From: Tubulanus polymorphus
Lineage: Eukaryota > Animalia > Nemertea
Length of the DNA stretch: 64,000 nucleotides
Direction of reading: 5' to 3'
Assembly: GCF_964204645.1 (NCBI RefSeq)
Contig: NC_134028.1
Coordinates: 13,459,553 to 13,523,552, forward strand
Shown: piece by piece, positions 12,471-23,968 of the stretch
Layout: every line of letters begins with the position of its first letter
Position numbering within the stretch: the stretch's first letter is position 1
Translations under genes and position numbers: made by a program
Notes under the pieces: model-generated
The model's database searches: none
The model's input: only the letters and a program-made list of their open reading frames with translations
Told to the model about the DNA's origin: nothing

Positions 12471-12817
12471 AGTAATAGGGGTAATGGGCTTTCAGGCCAA
12501 AGGTCGAACGGTCGAGCTCATTAAAAAACAAAACATTAAAAGTAATTTAAAACTATAATATATTTTCATAACCGTGTGTATTTCATAACCGTTGGTCGCT
12601 CCACTTCGCTGCCGCTCCGCTCCGCGACCAATTGATTTATTTGCAATACACAAATTCATATAATCAAATATATTCAAATAATAATACTTATTCTATTATT
12701 CAACTGAAATACACACGGTTATGAAAATATATTATAGTTTTAAATTACTTTTAATATTTGTTTTTAATGAACTCGACCATTCAACCTTTAACCTGAAAGC
12801 CCATTACCCCTATTACT
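12471..12817. repeat. Left TIR of copy B, itself a fold-back palindrome
   Basis: 12471-~12585 is repeated in inverted form at ~12705-12817; central GC hairpin TTGGTCGC...GCGACCAA. Confidence 0.85.
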
Positions 12818-12907
12818 CTTAAAATATTCATGTAAATGAATAACATTTAAATTCACAGATTATTCAATATAAAAGTGTAAGCTCTTATAGAATAGATATA
12901 TAGATAG

Positions 12908-13519
12908 TTATTTTATAAATTTATATTCATATGGAAATTGTAGTCTCAGTAATAATTTTGAACCTTTATTATTCTTTAATTTATTCATATATTCATCATG
13001 TAATTCAGTTGGTATAATTTGATTTTCTTCCAATGATTGTTGCATAGATTTTTTATCTTTGTTATAAAATAAAACTAGGAATCTTATATTCTCCCTAAAG
13101 TCTTTAACAATTGAATTATATTTTTGATTTAAAACCCATGTTGTTATCCCAAAATGTCTCCCAGAGAAAGCTTAATAACATAACTCACTTTCTCTCACTT
13201 TTGAATCATGTAAATTTGCGCAATCATCTATAATGAATAATGTATTTGATCCTTAATAAGTATCAATTGCTATTTTAATACAATTATCTAAATTTTCTTT
13301 TACTGTTTTAGGATTTAATATAATAAACTTTTTTATCTTAACTATATCTCTATTATATGTTTTATTCATTTCATAAGTAGGACAGAATAATATTATATTA
13401 TCAAAATGATTCTTATAAATAGTTTCTAACAAATCTAATATGAAATGTGTTTTACCACAATTGGTTACACCAGTAACTAACATATTATGCGGTTCGAATA
13501 TGAATAAATCTTTATTCAT
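12908..13519 (-). pseudogene. A32/FtsK-like DNA packaging ATPase
   Basis: Walker A GVTNCGKT, Walker B FIIDD, SGRHFGIT; internal stops. Confidence 0.88.
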
Positions 13520-14624
13520 TTATTCTTTTAATTTTACTAGATAAAATCCATTCATTGAATTTATCATCATATCCTTTATATTTCACCAAATAATACTTTT
13601 TTCCTTTAAGAGTTTTTGTTTTCAATACTTTTTCTATTTAATATTCTATTTCTTCTGGATTTGGCACAAGTGATAATTCTTGTTCATAGAAATAACCTAA
13701 TATTTCTTCATCTTTTAGATCTTCTAATTTATAAACAAAAGGTTTAGTTAATATTATCTTTTTAATCTTGAATATTTCTTCAGTAAAATTTGGGGTATAA
13801 CCTTTATAAAATGTTTTTCGATATTTAGATATTCTTACGTGTTGTCCTATTTTAAATTTAGGTTCTCCGAAATCATGCGTAACAAACGCACCATATAAAT
13901 TATTCCAAACTATTTCCGAATTATCTTCTTTTCTAGCTTGTATAGGTTTCATATTTATAGAACTATGTTTAGAATTATTATAACCTTTCACTAAATCATC
14001 TAATACATCGATATATTTATATGTTTCATTAGCAGTAAAATATTTCCACATTCTAGTTTTCAATGTTTTATTAAATCTTTCTATAATAGATGCTTTTTTA
14101 TCTGAGTGTGTTGAAAAATAATCTACATCGTTATCAGATAATAGTTTTTTAAAATGTTTGTTATAGAATTCCTTACCTTCATCAAATTGTATCTTATCTG
14201 GAATAGCTTCTTTAAATATATTCTTAAAAGCATTTGTTACTTCTATGCCAGTTTTATTTTTGATTGGAATTGACCATGCGTATCTACTGAATATGTCTAT
14301 AACATTTAATATCCAGAAATATCCTTTGTTGTATTCTTCTAAGTTCTTCATGTCAATTAAATCTGCTTGCCATTGTTGATCAATATATGAAACCATAACT
14401 TTTCTTGTTAAATAAGTTTTATCCATTTTCTTGTGGATTTGATATGTTGGTTGATTTTGTAACCATGATTTTAATTCACTATATTTTATATCACCATGTG
14501 GGTGCCGTATGGCACCATTTTCATTATCAGATTTAATTTTACCCCATAATTCTGTAACGTTAGAATATGATACTTCACTTTCTGGGTTATAATATAAATC
14601 TCTTAAATATTGTTCTTTTTCCAT
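13512..14624 (-). pseudogene. int: rve retroviral-type integrase with C-terminal chromodomain (premature stop at 13638)
   Basis: WQADLIDM, IDIFSRY, QFDEGKEF, IERFNKTLK; after the stop, IEKVLKTK...YLVKYKGYDDKFNEWI (chromodomain). Confidence 0.92.
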
Positions 14625-14630
14625 CTTATT

Positions 14631-14999
14631 CTAATCCATTAATAATAATTTAGATTTAGTTTCAATAGCTTTATGATTTGACTTATTTTCTGGTATAATA
14701 GGTTTATTATCATTGGAATCATCTTTATCATCAGATTTGAATTTTGATTTATATATTACACCGGATAATATAATAATTGTGATTAACCCAATTGTAATAT
14801 ATAAGTAATTATTTCTTCCACTATTAGAAGAATCAGATGGATTATTACTTGAATCAATATCAGATAAAGTCTGTGATTCATTTATATCAGTTGATTTCTT
14901 TTTCTTAGCTTTTTTTAACTCTGAAGATCTTTTACCTAATTCTCTTGCCCATTTAATTTGTTTTTCAGATCTAGCCTTTTTCTTAACGCTATCACTCAT
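14631..14999 (-). CDS. Basic N-terminal, single-TM viral protein
   Basis: ORF with YLYITIGLITIIILSGVIY hydrophobic segment; TAAATG start. Confidence 0.6.
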   Translation of the reverse strand: MSDSVKKKARSEKQIKWARELGKRSSELKKAKKKKSTDINESQTLSDIDSSNNPSDSSNSGRNNYLYITIGLITIIILSGVIYKSKFKSDDKDDSNDNKPIIPENKSNHKAIETKSKLLLMD

Positions 15000-15008
15000 T
15001 TATTTTAG

Positions 15009-15598
15009 TTAATTTTTGTTCTGATTCATTTTCTGTTTCGACGTTTGGTTGTAGTACAGCGTCATCTGTTTCGTTCTTACCTGATTTATATTCCATAGGT
15101 TTGATGTTCGAAAATGTTATGACGCCAGTAGAAATTAATGTCATAACCGATCCTAATTGAAATGAAGCATAGCCGACCCACTTTGTAATTCAGTCATAAC
15201 TAAATAGTCATTTTCAAATCACTATATAATTTATTTTCATCATTAATTGTCATTAACCGGTTACATAATTTTGAATAACATTTTATAATACTATCTGAAA
15301 TAGAATCATTTATTCGAGCCAATCTAGCTCCTTCATAAATCTTAAAATATTTTATTACTTTATCTGGTTTCATAGCATCTAATTCTTGAAAAGTAATTAT
15401 TTTCCCGATAAACTGATTACATTTCCCACCAGCAATTAATAATTCTAGATGGTGTTTACAATATAAATAGTATTCATAATCAATATCACAATTAATATTA
15501 TTTTCAATTTTGATTGGAATATCCTTATTATCACTAATGCATAAATCATCTAATGTTTTTTCAATGTTGGTATTATTCTTATTAGATTTCTTTGACAT
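15009..15598 (-). pseudogene. Hypothetical viral protein (frameshifted near 15200)
   Basis: ORF 15200-15598 with TAAATG start; coding-like sequence continues to about 15009. Confidence 0.5.
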
Positions 15599-16739
15599 TT
15601 ATATTAGAGAAAAAAGCAAGAAAAATATTATAAATATTCTTCAAATGATACTAGCTAGTTAAAGCTAAAGAATTTCTATTTGAATCTATTCAAAATATAA
15701 AGTATTCTCTTTTGAAAAGAAAGTTTTAAAAATATAATAGAATTCACTAGCTAGTTGAAGTTAGTTTTTTAAATACTTTTTATTTAAATTAGGATTTAGA
15801 TTATCTCACTACTATTGTTTATCTATTAGGAGCAGTAATTATAACTGTCCAGATAAGTCATTTCGGATTCTCGATAAATAAATCCTAAAACTGAAAATAA
15901 ATTCAAAGAAACGACTGGTGGAAATACTATTTCATAAACACACATATATTTTATTCTACAATCATTATCGATTTCCACATTCCAAGCCGCTCAACTCAGG
16001 CCCGGTAAGTTATGCGTGGAATGCAGGAATCAATAAAATACAATACAACATCTGTCACTGTGTGTCATTAACAACAGCTTAATGACGCAATTGAAATTCC
16101 GACAAACGTAATGCATTGAAAGCCTATACAGTATGGCTAAACTGCTACAGTCTCATGAGTTGAAATATCCATTATTTCTGATTCCACGTCCATATATCTT
16201 CACTTTCTTGATTCAATGGTCTTCATTTTGTTATCTAAAAGATAAATATCTAGCGTAGAATAAAACTAACTTGAAGTTGTAGTTGTAAAATATTAATTAC
16301 AGCACTTAAACATAGCCATTCGTGGCGCATCTTTGTCCGATAAGTTTTACATGTTTAGCGTTTCCCAACGCCTTAATAACAACAAAAACAGTACTTACAT
16401 TTATAACTGTAAAATTGTGTTTATAGAGAGAATATCCTATACGTTCCTATGCTTATGTGCTGCGCGCTTATAACTGCCAGTTATTCACTAGCTAAACACT
16501 GTCTGATACAACATATGTTCCTTCCTTTGTAATATAATTGATTAATCCTTTTCAACTGCAATAGAACATTCGATCGATATTCAAATGAGATACACCCTAT
16601 TCAACTGAATATAACGTGCGACAGATGCTTTTGTAAACAACCTAATACAATTACATACAGGCGGTTTGACATAGATCGAGAGTAACCGGTTTTCTAAGCG
16701 GTTAACATTCAACGTATTTTTCATTATGTGTTGAATTCC

Positions 16740-17325
16740 ATCATTCAACAAATGTCTTTGCTTTATCCAGTTGATCTAAATATAATTTCATATCTAGTTT
16801 ATTAGATTTAAAGGTCTTAAATTTTTCCAGCTCCATATTAGCTTCTTATTATAATCATCATTCATGTTAAATTTAGAAATCGGCAACACATGATCAATAT
16901 GAAAGTATTCACCATAATTATCTATATTCATTTTATCATCGAATTGATATATTATCCATGATATGAAAAATTCATCTGAACAGATTAGATAGTGTTTCTG
17001 AATGTGTTTCTTTGTTGAATAATTGTGTTAATCTAGATCTTAAGCATTGTTTCAATCTAAAATTAAGATCTGTTTGATATCTTTCTCTCATATATTCTGC
17101 CATATAATAATTATAATGTTCTATATTATCTTCTCGATATCGTTTGGTATATAGTTTAAAAGAAGTTTTACAGCAATATTGAAAACCATCTTTGCTAATC
17201 TTACGCTTACTAAATTCTGTTAAAGCTAATTTATCTAATTCAAATTTAGAACACTTCTTGTAGTATATATTTATGACACCAGTGTTATTTGTAATATTGA
17301 TAGTTTGTGGTTGTTCTGGTTCCAT
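16740..17325 (-). pseudogene. HNH-type endonuclease resembling those of NCLDVs
   Basis: CSK..LTEFSKRK..KDG..CK; YQTDLNFRLKQCLRSRL; after a frameshift, MNIDNYGEYFHIDHVLPISKF...WKNLRPL. Confidence 0.7.
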
Positions 17326-17495
17326 TTATTATACATTTATTATTTTTTTACTAAATTGATTTTAGAAGTTATTCATTTATATGTTATTCATGAATATATA
17401 TGAATTATTTCAATAAAACTTTACTAACACTTTTAATGTTTAAAAATCTAACTCATACAAATATAAATATTGAAATATGTTTAAAATATACCTAT

Positions 17496-17810
17496 GTATT
17501 AGATACCCTATTAGATACCATATTAGATACCCTAATACCTGATACCCTATTAGATACCTTAATTACTTAAAATCCCCTTTTTAAAAATAAATATTATTTA
17601 TACAATTTTCAACCAATTTATTTTTATTTTTTAACTAATATATGAATTAGTTTGAAAATAATAAAGGTTATTTATTATTACTGAGGTTTCAATATAATTT
17701 AAGTTATTTTCAAATAATATGTATTAAATACGTATTAGATATGTATTAAATACGTATTAGATATGTATTAGATACGTATTAGATATGTATTTGATACCTT
17801 AATACTTAAA
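17496..17810. repeat. Two clusters of 11-bp GTATTAGATAC-like palindromic tandem repeats
   Basis: gtattaaatac/gtattagatat/gtattagatac units at 17721-17797 and variants at 17496-17560; conserved in copy D at 47695-47965. Confidence 0.75.
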
Positions 17811-17870
17811 ACCCCCTTTTTTATTTACTATTATTTTATACAATTTTCAACCTTTATTACTTTTTGAGTG

Positions 17871-18779
17871 TTAGATAATCACTTTCTGAATCACTTTCAT
17901 CATCACTCTCCTCCAATTCATCATCACACACTTATTCTTCACCCTTTTTACCGTATCTTCATAAATAATTGGTTTATTGATATACTTATTAGTCATCTCA
18001 ACTATATCTTTATTTTCTGATTTAAGTTTCATAGAATCTTTATTATCAATGCGCTTTCCTGTAACTATATCACCATGTGGGTGCCATACAGCACCATTTT
18101 CATTATTATCTTTATTAGTGTTTGCTCCTAATATTTCATTTACAGTGTTTGATTCTAATATTTTATTAGCATCGGTTAAATCTAATTCATCTTTATTAGG
18201 TGTTGCTAATAATAAATCTTTATATAATTCTTTACCATTTACTTTTTGATTTGAAACAAACTTTGTAACATATCTAAATGGGTGTTCTATAAATTCTTTT
18301 AAACCAACACGTTTTATAACATTAGTAATATGTGAATTTGTATTCATATGATTATTCCAATTTGATGGAGCGTTTGAAAATTCGCCTTTACAATAATCAC
18401 AATAATTTCTATTTTCACTAACATTTAATATTATTTCATTATTAGATGTAGAAGGTATTACATTATTAGATGTAGAAGGTATTACATTATTAGATGTAGA
18501 AGGTATTACATTATTAGATGTAGAAGGTATTACATTATTAGATGTAGAAGGTATTACATTATTAGATGTAGAAGGTATTACATTATTATCAATTACATTA
18601 CTTAAATTATCAACAACACCACTTTTATTATTATCGATTTCTATTAGTTTAGTTTTATAAATTTTGAAAATAGGATCAAATATCAAAGCTATATTACAAG
18701 GTATTACATAATATAAACCATCATTATTTTCATGTGTATCGATGTATGGAATATGTTTATATACTTTACCTCCTTCCAT
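17871..18779 (-). CDS. Hypothetical protein with 24-nt tandem repeat (NNVIPSTS x6) and a zinc finger
   Basis: Repeat at about 18437-18587; CDYC...HMNTNSH; homologue at 48035-48758. Confidence 0.7.
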   Translation of the reverse strand: MEGGKVYKHIPYIDTHENNDGLYYVIPCNIALIFDPIFKIYKTKLIEIDNNKSGVVDNLSNVIDNNVIPSTSNNVIPSTSNNVIPSTSNNVIPSTSNNVIPSTSNNVIPSTSNNEIILNVSENRNYCDYCKGEFSNAPSNWNNHMNTNSHITNVIKRVGLKEFIEHPFRYVTKFVSNQKVNGKELYKDLLLATPNKDELDLTDANKILESNTVNEILGANTNKDNNENGAVWHPHGDIVTGKRIDNKDSMKLKSENKDIVEMTNKYINKPIIYEDTVKRVKNKCVMMNWRRVMMKVIQKVII

Positions 18780-18811
18780 TTATTATATAAATTTTTATTA
18801 AAGTTAAAATT

Positions 18812-20059
18812 TTAATACATAACACTATTCAATTGAGAATTTACAATATTTAATTGCGCGTCAGATATAATATAAATATGCATTTTGAAATTTAGGCTTC
18901 CTTTTTTCTTTGTCATGAATAATTGTATTCCATCTTTAGTGTTCTGTAGTTTTTTTCCAGAACCATGTAATGAATTATCCTCTGTTGTTCTAAAATCTAA
19001 CCATAATGCATATTTATTGCCGGTATAATAATCAATTTGATTAATATTACAATTTTCAAATGATTTTACTTTTTCATTCATAAAATGTTTTCTAATTTCT
19101 GGCCACTGATCTATCAATCTCATTCCTTGACAAAATATTTTATTTGCTATTCCTTCGATAGTTATTTCTACTTTTGTTATTTCAGGATTATAATAATTAT
19201 CAACCTTTATTGCGCCATTAGAATATGTTGCAATGGTAAAAAATATTAATGTACCTTTAATAGATCTTCTTGGGAAGTTAATATTCTCATTAATAATTTC
19301 ATCATTTGCATTAATAGTTACAGTTTTAAATTTATCAATATAATCATATAATAATGAAAATCCTTGATTGTATTGAGTTTGAATTATACTTGAAATATTT
19401 TCATCAGTTACTGTGTCATATTCTAAACATATATTCGATAATTTATAACTCATATCTTTATCAACGCTAGATATTACAATTTCATTTACAGGAGCAAATG
19501 TTATTTCGAATATAACGTCTTCTTAAATTACGTATTTATATAAAGGTGCATTGTTATTTATCAATTCAAAGTCTAATGGAATTTTATATTTGATTCCATA
19601 TATACTTTTTATCAATTTATCTACAGCATTAGTTAATATTGCGCTATTAGCTTCTGATCTTAATTTATTTTGGTTTTCTGATTGGATTCCTTGAAATATC
19701 ATATTATTTCTATTTTCTTTAGTTAACCATAAATTTTTATAATGCATAAATAAATTATAATCATCTAATGAGAAAACAGTTTCTGGACCAATCTTTATAG
19801 TTAATTTTTTAATCAAATATCTCCCAACATTATCAACAACATAATTATTATTATTACCGGTTACTTTTATATCGACTGATAAATAAATACTATTTGGAAC
19901 ATAAAAAGTATTTTGTGTAAATCGAGGAATTCTAACATATAAAGTTTCATCGGGATTAATATTAGAAGGGTTATGAGTAATTATATGATGTGATCTTTCT
20001 GCTTTAATAGCATTAGATATTCTATGATTTTTCGAAGGATTGATATAACTCCCACTCAT
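18812..20059 (-). pseudogene. Double-jelly-roll major capsid protein (one in-frame stop at 19523)
   Basis: About 415 codons. Beta-rich motifs NPSNINPDETLYVRIP, KIPLDFEL, YKLSNICLEYD, INFPRRSIKG, ALWLDFRT, IISDAQLNI, typical of Polinton-like MCPs; position inside the element. Confidence 0.8.
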
Positions 20060-20078
20060 TTATTTAACAAAAAAATTA

Positions 20079-21511
20079 ATTATTTATTTTTTATCATGTT
20101 TACTAATCCAAAAATAATAGCACTTACAACTGTAATTAAAAATAAAATAATATGTTCAGCAGCAAAGTTAATAATGTTTCCTGCAGATTTCAATATAAAC
20201 CAACAATTGATGCAATAATTCCTGGTAATGCTGCAGCAGATTTTTTAGATAGTTCCCATAAATATTTTGCTAATTTCTTTAAACCATCCTTAACTTTATC
20301 TTGTATAGAATTATTATCTGGGGGTTTATCTGGTTTATTTCGAGTAGGAGTAGATTTTAAAGCATTTGATATTGCTAAACCAATTGTTGTAAATAGCATA
20401 GTTACAGCTGTTAGAATTGAAAGAATTGTTATTCCTTCTAATTTAAATAATAACTTTATTCTATCTTTTAATGATTTTTTAGAATCTGGTTTAATCAACA
20501 AATCTTTAAAAACAACTTTTAATCTATTAATATTATAATCATATGATTTTAATAATAATTTAATTTCTTCTTTTTGTAATTCTATGTTATATTCTAAATC
20601 ATCTTTTTCTTTTTCTAAATACGCATTTCTTTTTTTAAATTCGATTTCTTCAATAACTTTATTATCTCTATCTAATTTTAAAGTTCTAATTTTTAAATCT
20701 CTTATACTTTTATCATGCGCAATTTTATCAGCTTCATTTCTTATACTAATAATTTCTCTAATTGCTTTATCGGAAAGTATATTATTTAAATCTTCTAATT
20801 GTTGATCTGTTGCATCAAGTAATCCATTTGGTAAAAGTTTTTCAATTGGAACTTTATTTGATTTCAGTTTACTAGCTTTGGAAGTTATATTCTGTTCAGA
20901 GTTTCTTTCTGGTTCTAAATTATTATCGATTGTTTCAAATAATTTATTAATTCTTTGTTTAAATACTCTTTCATTTTTAATAATTTCTTCTTGTGTTACA
21001 TCTTCTGGTTCATTACTATTTCTTATTCTTTTAATTCTAGATAGGTCTAACTTAAGCAAAGTTGATTCTGCTAATATTTTTTCTTGTTTTTTATAAGAGA
21101 TATCAATATAATAATCATCTTTCGAACGATAATAATATTCACCATCTAAAAACTTTAATTCTTGTACTAAAAGTCTAGCGCCTCTGTCATTTATATTATA
21201 TCCAGATTTTTCAAATATAGGTTTGAAAATTATAAATTTTTAGGTTTTAAATTATAAATATATTCATTATATTCTAAATTTTGTTTTACTAAATCTGGAT
21301 TTTCATTTTCAGGAGGTATTCTCGACCTAGTTCTTCTATCAAATTCATCTGTTGATGGGGCTTTAGAACCACTATCTGCTAAATTAGAATTATATGCTGA
21401 TTCATTACCATCATCAATATTAGTTTCTGCATCATTATAATCATCATCAATATATCCTTCATTATTATTTCCCATGCCTTCCATTTCATAATCTTCTCCA
21501 CCTTCTGCCAT
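20079..21511 (-). pseudogene. Coiled-coil and TM protein, copy B
   Basis: ORFs 21230-21511 and 20190-21059; C-terminal half near-identical to 235-1040. Confidence 0.75.
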
Positions 21512-21532
21512 TTACTTAATAAAAAATTAAAA

Positions 21533-22828
21533 TTAAAAATATAATATTCCTCCGATTACAATTCCTATACAAGTTAAAGCTAATTTAGTATTTTCATGGG
21601 ATTTATTATCATCATTTAGTTTAATTATATCATGTTGAATATTATCAGTTTTAATATTTTCTGATGTATTGTAATCTTTTATTTTAGAATCATTATTTAA
21701 TTTAATATTATTAGTTTTAGTTTCAGTTGATTGAATGTGTTTTTTATTTTTTTCACCTTCCATTAATTTTGGAGCAGTGATAATCTTTTTATTTATATCA
21801 TTCAATCCAAATGAATTATTTATTGTTGCAGTTTTAATTAGATTATTATAACCAATTATATTTCCCATCTTTAATACTAAATCATTAGAAATAATAAATA
21901 GATTAGGGCCTATACAATAATTTAATGTAATATGTGATTTATCTAAATAATTTTGATATCTTACAATGTTTTCTGGAATCGATCTATTTTTATCATTATG
22001 AATTAAATCTTCAAATAATACTTTAAATTGTTTCTGCGCATCGAATGAAGTGTTATCATTTCCAATTATTGGTGATCTTGTTTCAACTTGCGCACCTAGA
22101 ATACATATCAAATAACTTCTAATAGATTGATTTATTCTTTGTATACCTGATTTTGTAAAACCTTCACCATTTTCTAAAATGAAATTAACCCAACCATTAT
22201 TATTATCAATTTTATAATTATGATAAGCTCCAATTCTATGAATATAATCAATTCTTTTTATTTCATACTCTTCACCAACACCTTGCAATTTACCATGCGC
22301 TCTAAAATCGGAATTAATATTTATATTAAATTCATTACATATTTTATAAAACTTAGATAGATTAATATTATTATCCAATTCTTTAAAATATTTAGACCCG
22401 GGTGAAGGACATTCTAATTAATTTAATATTATTCTGATTTGAAAATATGTGTGAAATCTAAATATTGTGTGAATTAATTTTAAATCAGAATACTTCAAAT
22501 TTTTATCTAAGTTATTTAAATGATCATTCCAACTAATTCCACATCCTGTTGTTGCACAATAAACAGCAAAATTTCATTGATTCTGCCAATATTTCATATT
22601 AGATTTTACTTTATATATATGGTATTCATCTCGAGTAAAAGTAACTTCATATGTATTAAATATATTTTCCATTTTAGAAATAAAAAACTGTGATTCAGTA
22701 ACATAAATTTCTAAATTAGTTAATGAATTTAAAACTACATTTCTATATGTAATATTTTTCTTAAAATCTATTGTAGGAATATTATATTTAATTGATTTAT
22801 TATATTGGAAAGCTTTTGGAAACCCCAT
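21533..22828 (-). pseudogene. Conserved viral protein with C-terminal TM, copy B
   Basis: ORFs 22574-22828 and 21533-22378; homologous to 1681-3055. Confidence 0.75.
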
Positions 22829-22844
22829 TTATATAATTAAAAAA

Positions 22845-23279
22845 TTAATAATTAACTAATTCTTTTAATAATTTATCTTGTTCTTCAACTGTTATATGAC
22901 CATTTAAACTTATTATATAATCTAGTGTATTCTTCAATTTATTAATTTCTTTTATATTAGTTTTAATTTTTTCTTTATTACTTTTTATATTTAATTTTGA
23001 ACTTATACCAGTTAAAACACTTGAACTTAATCCTAATACACCAATTGATATAGCTAAAGGTGTTAATGGACTGAATATTGCTAGAAATGTTATTACAGAA
23101 CTAATTGTAACCGAACCACTTATAATCAAATAATATATAATTTTAGATTTTAAATATTTTTTCTTTTTAACTTTTAAGTCACTTTCAAATTCTAATATTT
23201 GTTTTTCTAAATATGTTTTTAATTTAGTTTTATTTATATCATGAGGAATAATATCAATATTATCAACTTTATCTTCCAT
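22845..23279 (-). CDS. Two-TM membrane protein
   Basis: Intact 144-aa ORF, TAAATG start, homologue of 3084-3506. Confidence 0.75.
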   Translation of the reverse strand: MEDKVDNIDIIPHDINKTKLKTYLEKQILEFESDLKVKKKKYLKSKIIYYLIISGSVTISSVITFLAIFSPLTPLAISIGVLGLSSSVLTGISSKLNIKSNKEKIKTNIKEINKLKNTLDYIISLNGHITVEEQDKLLKELVNY

Positions 23280-23299
23280 TTATTTAGCAAAAAAAATTA

Positions 23300-23722
23300 C
23301 TAATTAGTAAATTTATATGCTACAAATATTACAATAACAGTTCCACCTAAAATCCATATTATTTCATATTTCTGTTGTTCTTTACTCGGGGTATAATGAT
23401 CTGATATTGTAGGTTTATGTAGATGTAATTTTTCTTTATTTGTTACCGCGTTATATAAACTCATTGCATCATCAACTGATTGAAAATCTCTATGTGAAAT
23501 CTTCTGATCATTTAATTCTTTATTGATGTAATCCATATAGTTTTGTCGTTTTTCTCTATATTCTTCCGCTGCTTTATTATATTTCTCTAATGCTAAGTTA
23601 TGTCTTTTTTGTTCTGTTAATGAACCATTTTTATCAATATGCTTGAATAAATAACCACCACCAGTAAATGCTAAAGCGTTAACAATTGCCGATCCTATAA
23701 TAGTTATAATTGCAGAAGCCAT
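23300..23722 (-). CDS. Membrane protein with N- and C-terminal hydrophobic segments
   Basis: MASAIITIIGSAIVNALAFTGGG...IIWILGGTVIVIFVAY. Confidence 0.75.
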   Translation of the reverse strand: MASAIITIIGSAIVNALAFTGGGYLFKHIDKNGSLTEQKRHNLALEKYNKAAEEYREKRQNYMDYINKELNDQKISHRDFQSVDDAMSLYNAVTNKEKLHLHKPTISDHYTPSKEQQKYEIIWILGGTVIVIFVAYKFTN

Positions 23723-23746
23723 TTATTTAGCAAAATAATTACGCAT

Positions 23747-23968
23747 TTATATGGGAGGAATATATTTTTGTTTTTCCAAATAATCAATAGTTAAATTAGA
23801 TAAAGTAACTGCTAACGTTAATTTTAAAATATCATTGATATCAAATCTATCAACATTAACACTTCCCATTTTAAATACTTTTTTTAATACCATTGAATAA
23901 CCAACAGTTCCAACTGATAGTAATGCGCCATTATATAATCCAGTTATTATCCACTTATTATCACTCAT
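23747..23968 (-). CDS. Small hydrophobic protein (73 aa)
   Basis: Intact ORF, two moderately hydrophobic stretches, T7-6nt-TAAATG start. Confidence 0.65.
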   Translation of the reverse strand: MSDNKWIITGLYNGALLSVGTVGYSMVLKKVFKMGSVNVDRFDINDILKLTLAVTLSNLTIDYLEKQKYIPPI

